Below are positions 1 to 9,045 of a DNA stretch of 64,000 bases, piece after piece. The stretch lies in the NCBI GenBank assembly GCA_038316355.1, contig JBBQAO010000005.1, positions 12,351 through 76,350 of the forward strand, in the 5' to 3' direction. The translations under genes were made by a program, and so were the position numbers. The DNA is from Burkholderiales bacterium. Its GTDB lineage: Bacteria; Pseudomonadota; Gammaproteobacteria; Burkholderiales; SG8-41. Positions within the stretch are counted from its first letter, which is position 1. The number at the start of each line of letters is the position of its first letter. The notes under the pieces were generated by a model. The model worked only from the letters and a program-made list of their open reading frames with translations. It was not told the origin of the DNA and ran no database searches.

Positions 1-393
1 AAATATCCTCAGGCCATGCTGTTCGACATCCACGGCCAGACCGCATATCCGGATGCGATCCTGCGCGGTACTCACCACGGCACTGCAGTGGCAAAACTGC
101 TGGCGCGCGCCGGCGCACCGGCGGTGACCGGCCCCGACAGTGTATTCGGCCGCTTTGCCGCAATGGGCTACAGTATCGTTCCGGCGATCAACACGTTCCC
201 CACCGACAAGGTCGAAGCGCCGGGCTACACCGGCGGCCATACCGTTGCCCTCTACGGCAGCCACCGCCCCGATGGCATCGATGTAATGCAACTCGAATTC
301 GGCCGCGACCTGCGATTGGGTGCGGCGCTGGGAAAAACCGCCAAAGACACGGCGCAGGCCATCGCCGCATTTCACGAACGCTTCCTCAAATGA
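1..393 (+). CDS. N-formylglutamate amidohydrolase-family protein, C-terminal part (5' end outside window)
   Basis: Frame 1 is open from base 1 to the stop at 391-393. The tail (..DIHGQTAYPD..YTGGHTVALYG..DVMQLEFGRDLR..) resembles FGase/HutG-like amidohydrolases from memory. Confidence 0.55.
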   Translation, partial: KYPQAMLFDIHGQTAYPDAILRGTHHGTAVAKLLARAGAPAVTGPDSVFGRFAAMGYSIVPAINTFPTDKVEAPGYTGGHTVALYGSHRPDGIDVMQLEFGRDLRLGAALGKTAKDTAQAIAAFHERFLK

Positions 394-527
394 GGGCTGC
401 ACGAGAGCGCAGTCTTGCCGGCGGCGCCTGCGTCGCCACGATCCTTTTTTCGGGATTTAAACGTCCGCATGATAGACTGCCGCAACAACAGAGCAAGTCC
501 ATAAACGTCTGACGGAGGAGGATCGAG

Positions 528-1499
528 ATGCACAAGCTGAAATTGCTGGCAGCGTTGATCATTTCACCGCTGCTGGCCCAACCCGCGGCACAGGCAGCAA
601 CGGCAACATACCCGGATAAACCCATTCGAATCATTATCGGCAGCGCAGCAGGTTCCGGCCCTGACATCATTTCCCGCGTGCTGGCTGAACGTCTGCACGA
701 AGTGTGGGGCCAGCGCCTGGTGGTGGATGCGCGTCCCGGTGCGGCCGGTGTGGTCAGCGCAGAAACGGCGCTGCTCGCCAATCGGGACGGCTACACCTGG
801 ATGGTGCTGACCTCGCAACTGTTTGTCGCGACCGCAGTATTCAAGGACCTCAAATTCGACCTGGCCAAGGATTTCCAATCCATCAGCCTGCTTGGCACCG
901 TGCCGTTCGTACAGGTCGTCAACCCGAAACTGCCGGCGAAGTCCGTACCGGAACTCATTGCATTGGCCAAGAAAAGCCCGGGCAAGTTGCGCTTCGGCTC
1001 GGCCGGCACTGGCGCCTCTGAGCATCTGAGCGGAGTCCTGTTTACGCAACTCACCGGCACCAGCATGCTGCATGTTCCCTACAAAGGCATCGCACAGGCC
1101 ATTACCGACGTAATGGCAGATGAAGTGCAACTCACCTACGCCGTATTTCCTGCAGCGAAACCCCACATTGAAAACAATCGCCTGCGTGCACTGGGTGTGA
1201 CCACCCCAAAACGTGCACCACTGCTGCCTGACGTTCCGGCGATTGCGGAGACTGTGCCAGGTTATGCCATGTACGGCTGGTACAGCCTGGTCGCCCCGAC
1301 CGGTACGCCGGATGCACTGCTCAACAAGATCAGCGCCGAGGTTGTCAAGGCGGTTAAAGAGCCGGCGTTTGGCGAAAAACTGAAAGTGCTCGGCATTGAA
1401 GCCGATGGCGGCGACCGCAAGGCACTCGACGCCTGGCGCGCCAGCGAAACCAAACGCACCGGCGATCTGGTCAAGGTCTCGGGCGCAAGCGCAAAATAA
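528..1499 (+). CDS. Bug-family (TctC-like) tripartite tricarboxylate transporter substrate-binding protein
   Basis: 323-aa ORF with a signal peptide (..AQPAAQAATA). It has the hallmark Bug N-terminus TYPDKPIRIIIGSAAGSGPD and the VPYKG motif. A GGAGGAGG SD lies upstream of the ATG. Confidence 0.9.
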   Translation: MHKLKLLAALIISPLLAQPAAQAATATYPDKPIRIIIGSAAGSGPDIISRVLAERLHEVWGQRLVVDARPGAAGVVSAETALLANRDGYTWMVLTSQLFVATAVFKDLKFDLAKDFQSISLLGTVPFVQVVNPKLPAKSVPELIALAKKSPGKLRFGSAGTGASEHLSGVLFTQLTGTSMLHVPYKGIAQAITDVMADEVQLTYAVFPAAKPHIENNRLRALGVTTPKRAPLLPDVPAIAETVPGYAMYGWYSLVAPTGTPDALLNKISAEVVKAVKEPAFGEKLKVLGIEADGGDRKALDAWRASETKRTGDLVKVSGASAK

Positions 1500-1524
1500 T
1501 TGTCGCCCGCACCAAGCTGCGATC

Positions 1525-1555
1525 AAAAATGCCGCGCATTGCGCGGCATTTTTTG
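1525..1555 (+). terminator. Rho-independent terminator after the Bug gene
   Basis: AATGCCGCGC-ATT-GCGCGGCATT stem-loop followed by a T-run (1549-1554). It lies 26 nt after the stop codon. Confidence 0.8.
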
Positions 1556-1660
1556 TGTGTGATAGCGCAACTCGACCCTAACCCGCACGCCCAAGATACT
1601 TATGAAAAAATATTCACGACAGCCTGGATTCCGTATTCAGTTAACCCGATGGGAGAAAAC

Positions 1661-2716
1661 ATGAAAAGTCGATTCACCAGATTTGCGTTTGGCCTGTGTC
1701 TCGCAATGTTCGCATCGGCAGCAAACGCTGCCCCGTGCATGATCGTAACGTTAACCGGCACTCAGGGCGGTCCATCGGTTTATAACGGACTGGCCGGTCC
1801 CGGAACGCTGGTGCGTTATGGTGATGACAGCAATAACTGCAATGCCGTGCGGCTGCAGTTCGACGCGGGACGCGGCACCACCATGCGCCTCTCGCAGGTG
1901 GGTGTGACGGCGGGGCAGCTCAATGCGATATTTTTCACCCATATGCATTCTGATCATGCCGATGGTTTTCCGGACATCATGCAATTGCGCTGGCACTTCG
2001 GCCCCAAGGGACCCAAACTTGATGTCGTCTGCAGCGCGGACAAGGCTGCGCCCCAGGGATACGCCGTCAGCTGCGCAAAGTTCGCGACACACTCGGCCGA
2101 CGCCTATCTGCAGTCTGGCGAAATCGCCCAACGGCATACTGAAAACAAGGAGCGTCCCGCGGGCGGTCCTGGCACAGTGACCAATATCATCACATTTGAC
2201 CCCACAACCGAACCGCAGGTCGTCTGGACCTCCGGTGACGTGAAAGTCAGCGCAATCCAGTCTACGCACATCCCGGGCCATGCCTCCTACCGGGTGGACA
2301 CCCCCGCCGGCAGCGTAGTGATCGGCGGCGATGCCGGCAACGATGTGCCCGCGCCACCCCGCGCCTCATCGACCTCAGAACAGGTTGAAAAACTGGCCAG
2401 TGGCGCGGACATCATCGTGCATTCGACGATGCACACCGTCATGGCACCAGACAAGGGCAGTGGCATGCCCGCGCCGATCTATTATCGCCAGAGCACATCG
2501 ACCGATCTCGGCGCCATGGCTAAACGGACGGGCGCAAAGCATCTCATGCTGACCCACCTGATCCCCCCGCTCGGAGCAAGCAATCAGGGTCTGTGGAAAG
2601 TGCCCGGCGGAGCACTCACCGAAGCGGCTTACCGCGCTTCGGTGCAGGAAGGCGGATTTTCCGGAAACATCATTGTCGGCACCGATCTGGTCAGTGTGCG
2701 CCTGCCGGCAAAGTAA
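1661..2716 (+). CDS. MBL-fold metallo-hydrolase, secreted
   Basis: HMHSDHADG (HxHxDH) motif. I chose the start at ATG 1661 (MKSRFTRFAFGLCLAMFASAANA signal peptide, GGGAGA SD). The longer ORF from 1529 would run through the upstream terminator. Confidence 0.85.
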   Translation: MKSRFTRFAFGLCLAMFASAANAAPCMIVTLTGTQGGPSVYNGLAGPGTLVRYGDDSNNCNAVRLQFDAGRGTTMRLSQVGVTAGQLNAIFFTHMHSDHADGFPDIMQLRWHFGPKGPKLDVVCSADKAAPQGYAVSCAKFATHSADAYLQSGEIAQRHTENKERPAGGPGTVTNIITFDPTTEPQVVWTSGDVKVSAIQSTHIPGHASYRVDTPAGSVVIGGDAGNDVPAPPRASSTSEQVEKLASGADIIVHSTMHTVMAPDKGSGMPAPIYYRQSTSTDLGAMAKRTGAKHLMLTHLIPPLGASNQGLWKVPGGALTEAAYRASVQEGGFSGNIIVGTDLVSVRLPAK

Positions 2717-2780
2717 ACGCGCCCTGCATCGTACCTGTAACTGATCGCGGCGCGACACCGTACCGTGATCGCAAGCCACA

Positions 2781-2805
2781 CGCCGCGCACTGCGCGGCGT
2801 TTTTT
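2781..2805. terminator. Terminator hairpin between convergent MBL and AraC genes
   Basis: CGCCGCGC-ACT-GCGCGGCG followed by TTTTT. The stem is nearly identical to that of the terminator at 1525-1555. Confidence 0.7.
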
Positions 2806-2820
2806 ACCGCTACCACACGC

Positions 2821-3684
2821 TCAACCTCCAGCATTAAATGTCCGAGGCGCCATGCCCAGCGCGCGGCGGAACATCGTCGAAAATGCGCCGGGACTTTCGT
2901 AACCCAGATCCACTGCCACCGTGGTCACCGGCGCGCCTTCAGCCAGACGGCGGATGGATTCGAGCAATCGTGCCTGCTGCTTCCAGCGTGCGAAGGTGAT
3001 GCCGGTTTCGCGCAGGAAACGGCGGTAGAGGGTGCGCGTGCTGGTATTGAGTTCGCCGGCATCAAAATCGCAGGGCCGCCGTGTCGAGAGGTCGGCAAGG
3101 ATGCGTTCGCAGAGCTGCGTCAGATCCGCACTTTCCGGCAACGGCAGGTCAAGCGCGCAAAGCGGCAGGCGGCGGATTTCCGCCATCAGCAGACGCATCA
3201 GCAGGCCGTCGTCGCCGTGCTCGTCATAAGTCGCAGGCAACCCTGTCGCGCGCACCACCAGTTCGCGCAGCAGTGGTGTGACGTCGAGCACCGCGCACGA
3301 CGCCGGCATGCCACTGCCTGCGACATCGTTCAGATACAGGCTGTGCATGTCGACCACGCCGTGCATCTGGATTTCGTGCACCGTCTGCGCCGGCACCCAC
3401 AACGCGCGGGAGGGCGGCACGATCCAGGCATGGCGCGCGGTGCGCACCCGCATCGTGCCTGCGACCGCGAACACAAACTGCGCGCGGCCATGCCAGTGCG
3501 GCGTGATGTGGTGCCCCCGCGGATAGGTGGTATGGCGGATCACCACGGCACGCGACAGGTCGCCCCGCACGGGGCTTTCCGGCGCAGCGGCAAAATCGCC
3601 GCCGGTGCGCAGACGGGCAACGGCGCGGCGGCGGACCGGCATCGGGGATTTTGCTGGTTTGGCGGATTTGCCCGGCGTGTCCAT
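2821..3684 (-). CDS. AraC-family transcriptional regulator (cupin + HTH)
   Basis: N-terminal cupin-like part (HWHGRAQFVFAVAGTM) and C-terminal AraC HTH (..TLYRRFLRETGITFARWKQQARL..GYESPGAFSTMFRR). Start taken at ATG 3684 (MDTPGK). The longer ORF would overlap the divergent MFS gene. Confidence 0.85.
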   Translation of the reverse strand: MDTPGKSAKPAKSPMPVRRRAVARLRTGGDFAAAPESPVRGDLSRAVVIRHTTYPRGHHITPHWHGRAQFVFAVAGTMRVRTARHAWIVPPSRALWVPAQTVHEIQMHGVVDMHSLYLNDVAGSGMPASCAVLDVTPLLRELVVRATGLPATYDEHGDDGLLMRLLMAEIRRLPLCALDLPLPESADLTQLCERILADLSTRRPCDFDAGELNTSTRTLYRRFLRETGITFARWKQQARLLESIRRLAEGAPVTTVAVDLGYESPGAFSTMFRRALGMAPRTFNAGG

Positions 3685-3748
3685 TTTGCGAATGTTTATG
3701 GCAAATATTCGAAAGACAGACGATTGTAACTCAAGCACACTGCTGGCC

Positions 3749-4966
3749 ATGACGACCACCACCTTGCCTGCCGCCCCTGCCGGGGGCTTCTCCACCATCG
3801 TGCGCCTGCTGCTCAACGTCGGCCACGCCATCGACCACATGTTCCTGCTGATTTTCGCCACCGCCGTGGCCACGATCGCCGTCGAATTCGGCTATGCAAA
3901 CTGGACCGACCTGATGCCGTACAGCGTCGGCGCCTTCGCGCTGTTCGGCATCGGCGCGCTGCCCGCGGGACGCCTCGGTGACCTGTGGGGCCGGCGCAAC
4001 ATGATGATCATTTTTTTCATCGGCATGGGCGTATCGGCCATGCTGGTGGCACTGACGCAGAATGCCTGGCAACTCGCTGCTGCGCTGGCGCTCTTGGGCG
4101 CTTTCGCCGCGATCTACCATCCGGTGGGCATCCCGATGCTGGTGCAGAACGTGCCGAACCCCGGCGCGGTGATCGGTTTGAACGGCCTCGCCGGCAACCT
4201 CGGCATCGCCGTCGCAGCCCTGCTTACCGGCTTCCTCGTCAAATGGATCGGCTGGCGCGCGGCGTTTGTGATTCCCGGCCTGCTCGCCATCGCCTGCGGC
4301 GTGATTTTTGCGCTGACCTGCCCGAAAGAAACCGAGTCCCCGTCCAAACGCAAAGGTGGCAAGGCCAAGGTAGCGCTGTCTCCGGCCATGCTGATGCGCG
4401 CCTTCGCGGTGATGACCTCCGCTGCAGCAGTCAGCACCATCCTGTTCAATTTCACCACCAACGGCAATTCGCAACTGCTGGCCGAGGGCTTCAAGGGCAT
4501 CATCGAAGACCCCGCGGTGATCGGCACGCTGCTCGCGGTGATTTACACCATCGCCTCGTTTGCGCAGATCGTCGTCGGCCGCCTGATCGACAAGGTGGCG
4601 TTCAAGCCGCTGCAGGTTTGGATATCGATCATCCAGATCCCGCTGCTGATCTGGGCCGCGCACAGTCAGGACTGGGGCCTGTTCATTGCGCTGCTCGCGG
4701 TGATGGTGTTCGTCTTTGGCGCGATCCCGTTCACCGACGCGATGATCGTGCGTTACGTCGATGACCGGCTGCGTTCGCGCGTCGCCGGCATGCGGCTGAC
4801 GGTGGCCTTCGGCTTCAGTTCGCTTGCGGTGTGGGTACTCGGGCCGCTGGTCAAAGCCATCGGCTTTTCCAACGCACTGTGGATCATGGCCGGCATCGCC
4901 GCGATCAAGGCCGCCATCGTGATGCTGCTGCCGGATGAACCGGCGACCGAGCCCGTCAAAACGTAA
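3749..4966 (+). CDS. MFS transporter
   Basis: About 405 aa and multi-TM, with the GRLGDLWGRR loop motif typical of MFS. Start at ATG 3749 (MTTTTLPA); upstream ORF sequence is Arg-rich non-coding-like. Confidence 0.85.
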   Translation: MTTTTLPAAPAGGFSTIVRLLLNVGHAIDHMFLLIFATAVATIAVEFGYANWTDLMPYSVGAFALFGIGALPAGRLGDLWGRRNMMIIFFIGMGVSAMLVALTQNAWQLAAALALLGAFAAIYHPVGIPMLVQNVPNPGAVIGLNGLAGNLGIAVAALLTGFLVKWIGWRAAFVIPGLLAIACGVIFALTCPKETESPSKRKGGKAKVALSPAMLMRAFAVMTSAAAVSTILFNFTTNGNSQLLAEGFKGIIEDPAVIGTLLAVIYTIASFAQIVVGRLIDKVAFKPLQVWISIIQIPLLIWAAHSQDWGLFIALLAVMVFVFGAIPFTDAMIVRYVDDRLRSRVAGMRLTVAFGFSSLAVWVLGPLVKAIGFSNALWIMAGIAAIKAAIVMLLPDEPATEPVKT

Positions 4967-5030
4967 CGCAGCACAACCCTGATCCTTTCAGGCGATCCAT
5001 TGTTCCGCGCTCTGATTTTATAAATTATCC

Positions 5031-5049
5031 AATAAAATCAATTGGTTAT
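5031..5049 (+). promoter_or_regulatory. 19-nt AT-rich leader motif AATAAAATCAATTGGTTAT, 4 nt upstream of ATG
   Basis: 18/19 identical to 35087-35105, with the same 4-nt spacing to the start codon. It contains an AATCAA-N4-TTA core (IHF-like consensus). No SD is visible. Confidence 0.5.
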
Positions 5050-5053
5050 TGGC

Positions 5054-5803
5054 ATGAATTGGATCGACATCACGCTGCTCGTCAGCGCCGCGTTTTTCAC
5101 CTCGGCACTCACTTCCGTCGCCGGCGCCGGCGGTGGCACGATCCTGATCGCACTGATGCTGCTATTCATGCCGCCCGCCGCAGCCATCCCCGCGCACGGT
5201 GTGGTGCAGCTTGCCTCCAACACCTGGCGCGTGTGGCTGTTCCGCAAACACATGGTGTGGCCGCTGATCATTCGTTTCAGTGCGCTGATGCCGTTCGGTG
5301 TTGCGCTCGGCTTGTGGCTGTTCCAGGAAATGCCCAAGGAACTGGTGCGGGTGCTGATCGGATTTTTTGTGTTGCTGACCCTGTTTCTGCGCCAGCTCAA
5401 ACGTTTCGCACCGAAAGAATTTCCGCTGTGGGCCTTCGTTCCGCTGGGTTTTGTCACCGGGGCGCTGAACATGATCGTCGGCGTCATCGCGCCGGTGCTC
5501 GGCGTGCTGATCATCCGCAAGGACCTGAACAAGGAAAACGTCGTCGGCACGCTGGGCTTCTTCGGCTTCATCGGCAACCTGCTGAAAATCGCCGCCTTCA
5601 CCATGATCGGCTTCAGCTTCGCCGAATACGGCCTGCTGCTGACGCTGATGACCGTCGCCGTGCTCGTCGGCACTTCAGTCGGCAAAAAGGTGCTGTCGGG
5701 CTTCGACGAAAAAACCTTTCTGCTGGTGTTCAACGTCATGCTGATTTCACTGGCGCTGAAACTGATCGTGTTCGACGGCCTGCGTGCACTGATTGGTTAT
5801 TGA
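5054..5803 (+). CDS. TauE/SafE-family sulfite/anion exporter membrane protein
   Basis: Hydrophobic 249-aa protein; the N-terminus ..FFTSALTSVAGAGGGTILIALMLLF is typical of TauE/SafE (DUF81). ATG 5054 is preferred over TTG 5042. Confidence 0.8.
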   Translation: MNWIDITLLVSAAFFTSALTSVAGAGGGTILIALMLLFMPPAAAIPAHGVVQLASNTWRVWLFRKHMVWPLIIRFSALMPFGVALGLWLFQEMPKELVRVLIGFFVLLTLFLRQLKRFAPKEFPLWAFVPLGFVTGALNMIVGVIAPVLGVLIIRKDLNKENVVGTLGFFGFIGNLLKIAAFTMIGFSFAEYGLLLTLMTVAVLVGTSVGKKVLSGFDEKTFLLVFNVMLISLALKLIVFDGLRALIGY

Positions 5804-5813
5804 TCGGGATGCA

Positions 5814-5842
5814 GAAAAAACGCCCCCGGCGATGAGGGCGTT
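5814..5842 (-). terminator. Rho-independent terminator of the 5873-6961 gene
   Basis: On the minus strand, AACGCCC-loop-GGGCGTT is followed by TTTTTT, about 30 nt after the stop. Confidence 0.7.
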
Positions 5843-5872
5843 CGGCACTGCTGGCTGCGGCGGCAGTGGCTG

Positions 5873-6961
5873 TTACGGATTACGCACCAGCGTGCCACCT
5901 TCCACTCTGACCTTGTCACCCACCTTGTAACCGGGATCGGTTTCGTACGACACGGTCTGGCTGCCACCATTGTCCAGGCGTGTAATCACTTCGTAGTGCT
6001 TGGTGGTTTTCATGCGGTTTTCAATTTCCTTGCCGGCGTAGGCCCCGCCTGCAGCGCCTGCCACCGTGGCGACTGTCTTGCCGGTGCCGCCGCCGACCTG
6101 ATGACCGAGCAGCGCGCCGGCCAGGCCGCCGGCAATCATCCCGAGATAGTTGCCCTCACCCTTGACTTCAATCACGTTGACAGCTTCGACCACACCGCAA
6201 TTGGCGCATTGCCTGGCCGAACGCCGGTTACCCGGTGCGGCATTCGAGGAGGCCAGCAGCGACTTGCCGAGCACAGCGCTGGAACGAACGTCCCCCACAC
6301 GCAGATTGGCAGTGACCTTGCTGTCCGCTGCAATGCGGTCCGTGGACTTGATGGTATAGATCCCCTCGTACACGCCGTCCCGCGTCTCATCCAGGAACGT
6401 CCTGCCCTTCACGCCGGCAATCTTGACGCTGGCTTTCGCCCGCGGTGTGCCATACAGCGTAAAGCCCAGGTCATAACCCGTGGTCAACTGGTTTGGCGCC
6501 ACTTCAAAGCGATCAATACGGGGAAGCACGCCCGCGGCAACCGCTTCCGCCTTGAGTTGCGCCTTGGTTTTGGCGGCGGAAGCAATCAAATACTCATCGA
6601 GGACCACGCTCGCCACCTGGTTGCCCACCCGCAAATTGGCGGTAACCCGGCTGTCAGTCGAGATGCGATCAGCGGTCTTGATCGTGTAGATGCCCTCGTA
6701 GAATCCCGTTTCCCTCTCCTCCAGCAGCAGGCGCCCGGACGCACCCGGAATGCTGATGATGGCGGTGCCGCCGGGAGTTCCGTACAGGGTGAAGTTCAAC
6801 TCGGTGCCGGCCGTGAGTTTGCGCACCTGTTTTACGTCAAAACCGCCGATTCTCGGCGCCGCATTCGAATAGACGGGTTGCTGGGCGCCAGCAACGCCTG
6901 ATACCACTGTCAACGGCAACAAAACGAATAAAGCGAGGAATAATTTCTGGCAGATGTTCAT
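5873..6961 (-). CDS. Secreted protein with two tandem ~95-aa beta-rich repeats plus a CxxC / glycine-zipper (2TM, SlyB/17-kDa-antigen-like) C-terminal module
   Basis: Start at ATG 6961 (MNICQKLFLALFVLLPLTVVSGVAGAQQ signal peptide). There is an internal duplication (PRIGGFDV..TLYGTP..YEGIYTIK..VTANLRVG twice). This is followed by CANCGVVEAV..KGEG..GGLAGALLGHQVGGGTGKTVATVAGAAGGAYAG. Confidence 0.8.
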   Translation of the reverse strand: MNICQKLFLALFVLLPLTVVSGVAGAQQPVYSNAAPRIGGFDVKQVRKLTAGTELNFTLYGTPGGTAIISIPGASGRLLLEERETGFYEGIYTIKTADRISTDSRVTANLRVGNQVASVVLDEYLIASAAKTKAQLKAEAVAAGVLPRIDRFEVAPNQLTTGYDLGFTLYGTPRAKASVKIAGVKGRTFLDETRDGVYEGIYTIKSTDRIAADSKVTANLRVGDVRSSAVLGKSLLASSNAAPGNRRSARQCANCGVVEAVNVIEVKGEGNYLGMIAGGLAGALLGHQVGGGTGKTVATVAGAAGGAYAGKEIENRMKTTKHYEVITRLDNGGSQTVSYETDPGYKVGDKVRVEGGTLVRNP

Positions 6962-7059
6962 CGTGTGTTCCCGGATTGCCGGCAATTTGAACGCAGGCAG
7001 GGATTCATGCCGCCTGCACTGATACTGAAGAATGGCGTCGATGACTGTCCCTGTGCCAA

Positions 7060-7209
7060 TCACAACGGGCGGCGACCCTGGATCACGCGGACCAGAATCA
7101 CCACGACGGCGAGCACCAGCAGGACGTGGATAAAACCACCCATGGTGTAGGCCGAGACAAAACCCAGCAGCCACAGAATGAGCAACACAACAGCAATGGT
7201 ATATAACAT
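7060..7209 (-). CDS. lmo0937-family tiny membrane protein (49 aa)
   Basis: Hand translation gives MLYTIAVVLLILWLLGFVSAYTMGGFIHVLLVLAVVVILVRVIQGRRPL*. An AAGGA SD lies upstream. It is below the 60-aa cutoff of the ORF track. A paralog sits at 12762-12911. Confidence 0.8.
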   Translation of the reverse strand: MLYTIAVVLLILWLLGFVSAYTMGGFIHVLLVLAVVVILVRVIQGRRPL

Positions 7210-7254
7210 GTCAATTATCCTTTTATAATCAATTGTTTATTGGTTCCTGCGAAA

Positions 7255-7842
7255 TCAGATCGGGCGAATCGCACCGTCGATGATCTTGACGCGATCCCCG
7301 TTGCGCCACGACGGCAGACTGTCTTCGTTAATCACGCGGGTCGATCCGTCATCCAGGCGGACGGTGATGTCATAGCTTTTCGTCACCTTCACCCTTTTTT
7401 CGACTTCGTTGCCGGCTACTGCGCCGCCCACTGCGCCGACCACGGTCGCAATTTGTTTGCCGCTGCCGCCGCCGATCTGATGGCCGAGCAGGCCGCCCAC
7501 GACTGCGCCGCCGGCCGCACCAAGGCCGGAGCCTTCACCTTTGGCTGCAATTTCGCGCACCGACTCAATCACGCCGCACGTGCTGCACTTCGTGACGGGC
7601 GCGTTGCTCGCCACCTGCGCCGGTGCCGTTTTCGTTTTTGCCGGAGCAGCCGGCTGCGCAGTCTTTTTTGCCGATTTGTCTGCGCCGCCAACCACGCTAG
7701 GGTCGCCGGTGCCGCCGATCGAAGTCGGAATCCAGCCCATGATGGCAGCAATGCCCGCGGCACAGAACAGGATGATTGCAATGCCGACTGTCACAGCCAG
7801 CAGATGGGGGGGGTTGGTTTTGATGACTTCTGTTGCGGCCAT
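7255..7842 (-). CDS. Membrane-anchored CxxC / glycine-zipper 2TM domain protein
   Basis: N-terminal TM segment (LLAVTVGIAIILFCAAGIAAIMGWI), a Lys/Ala/Pro linker, then CSTCGVIESV..KGEGSGLGAAGGAVVGGLLGHQIGGGSGKQIATVVGAVGGAVAG. The C-terminus is paralogous to 5873-6961. AAAGGAAT SD. Confidence 0.85.
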   Translation of the reverse strand: MAATEVIKTNPPHLLAVTVGIAIILFCAAGIAAIMGWIPTSIGGTGDPSVVGGADKSAKKTAQPAAPAKTKTAPAQVASNAPVTKCSTCGVIESVREIAAKGEGSGLGAAGGAVVGGLLGHQIGGGSGKQIATVVGAVGGAVAGNEVEKRVKVTKSYDITVRLDDGSTRVINEDSLPSWRNGDRVKIIDGAIRPI

Positions 7843-8697
7843 TTTGAATTCCTTTAATGGAGCTTGATTTGCGCGTTGCCCGCGTTGCCCGCGGTTTGCG
7901 CGTGGCCTGCAGCGTAAAGATTGACGGGGTTCCCCCGCTTTATCCGTGCGTTAGCGCACAGAGCCATTCCCGAAGAAAATCAAAAAAGTCCCACCGGTTG
8001 GTTCAAAGTCCGACGCGAGGCGTCCAGCTCTGGACACCGAATGCCAAGCAGCGGTTTCAAGGACACATGCCGTGGCTCGAGGCGCAATTACGAGAAAACC
8101 GGGTCATGACAAGCACCAGCAGCCTCGCCGCCCGGGCAATCCGTGCCACTCTCGACAGCCTGCGACGGCAAGAGCCCACGTACGATGAATCGCAGCCCTT
8201 CGGTTGCGGGCGCGAGATCTACTTCTGAAGCTTCATCATGTCGCTGATCGTCATTCCCGTGGGCACCTCCTTTGCGGGGTATCAGGCATCGTGAGGGCAC
8301 TCCATCATGTAACCGGTTGACGAAGCCGCAATCAGCCACACTCAACCACACAGTGCCCGAACTGTCGTTTGGCGGGGGACGCGGGGTGATTCATCGCACC
8401 AGGGAGCCTATTACTCAGACTCAGCGACTCAGCGCGGTCACGGGCATCCTGGCTTTTGACGGCAAGGCCCCGACCGCCATCGGCCGGCGACTTGCACCAC
8501 CGCATTTTCCCTGCCTTTGAAACCAAAGTATTGCTGATCGGCGAGCGCGCCCTCAAGGCAGGCAACCCGGTGCCAGCCGCCGTAAAAGACTGATGCCCGA
8601 GTGCGGCTATGTACGTGTCCGTACAGAGACAGTGTTATGCAACCCGTAAATTGGCACCGACACACCGCAGGCCGCCAATTTTCAGAGGACCATGCTC

Positions 8698-9045
8698 ATG
8701 GAAACGAAGGAAGACCGTATCGCGATAATGCGCTGGGAGAACGAAACCGGTCCAACCGCCGGGAAAAACCGTCGCCCTGGCGAGCGCACAGCAGCGCTCT
8801 CTCCCGGGAAATCCAGAAAATCACCCGGCAAAGCGTTGGCCACCGGTGCCAGCAAAGCTTCTGTTCAGACCAAAATGCCGGGCCCAAGCGCCACACCGGG
8901 GGTGTCAGTGAGCCAGACATCAACGCGGAAGCAGGGTGCTGCACCGGCAAAAAAATCCGCCATACCTGCGATGCCGGGGCGCGGCGGCACCATCTCCCCC
9001 GGATCAAGGGAGCCCCGGCAACCCCGGCGAAAACCCCGCGTATAG
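8698..9045 (+). CDS. Hypothetical basic, low-complexity protein (METKEDRIAIMRWENETGP...)
   Basis: A GAGGA sits 8 nt upstream of ATG 8698. The N-terminal RWENExG resembles the 'RWE[ND]EGG' start of small stress-island proteins I recall. The rest is a K/R/P/S/A-rich tail. Coding status is uncertain. Confidence 0.3.
   Translation: METKEDRIAIMRWENETGPTAGKNRRPGERTAALSPGKSRKSPGKALATGASKASVQTKMPGPSATPGVSVSQTSTRKQGAAPAKKSAIPAMPGRGGTISPGSREPRQPRRKPRV

Noticed and set aside
1529-1660. N-terminal extensions offered by the ORF track: MBL gene from 1529, AraC from 3873, MFS from 3527, 5873-7174, UvrA from 59014, AckA from 55787, and others.
   Set aside because: The extensions run through terminators or divergent genes, lack signal peptides or family similarity, and internal ATGs with SDs give canonical N-termini.
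8438-8665. A minus-strand ORF with LYGHVHS, suggestive of a metallophosphoesterase (GHxH) remnant.
   Set aside because: No other phosphoesterase motifs (DxH, GDxxD, GNHD/E) occur in the correct order in any frame. A downstream HGNDD string is in the wrong order. A single short motif is not evidence.
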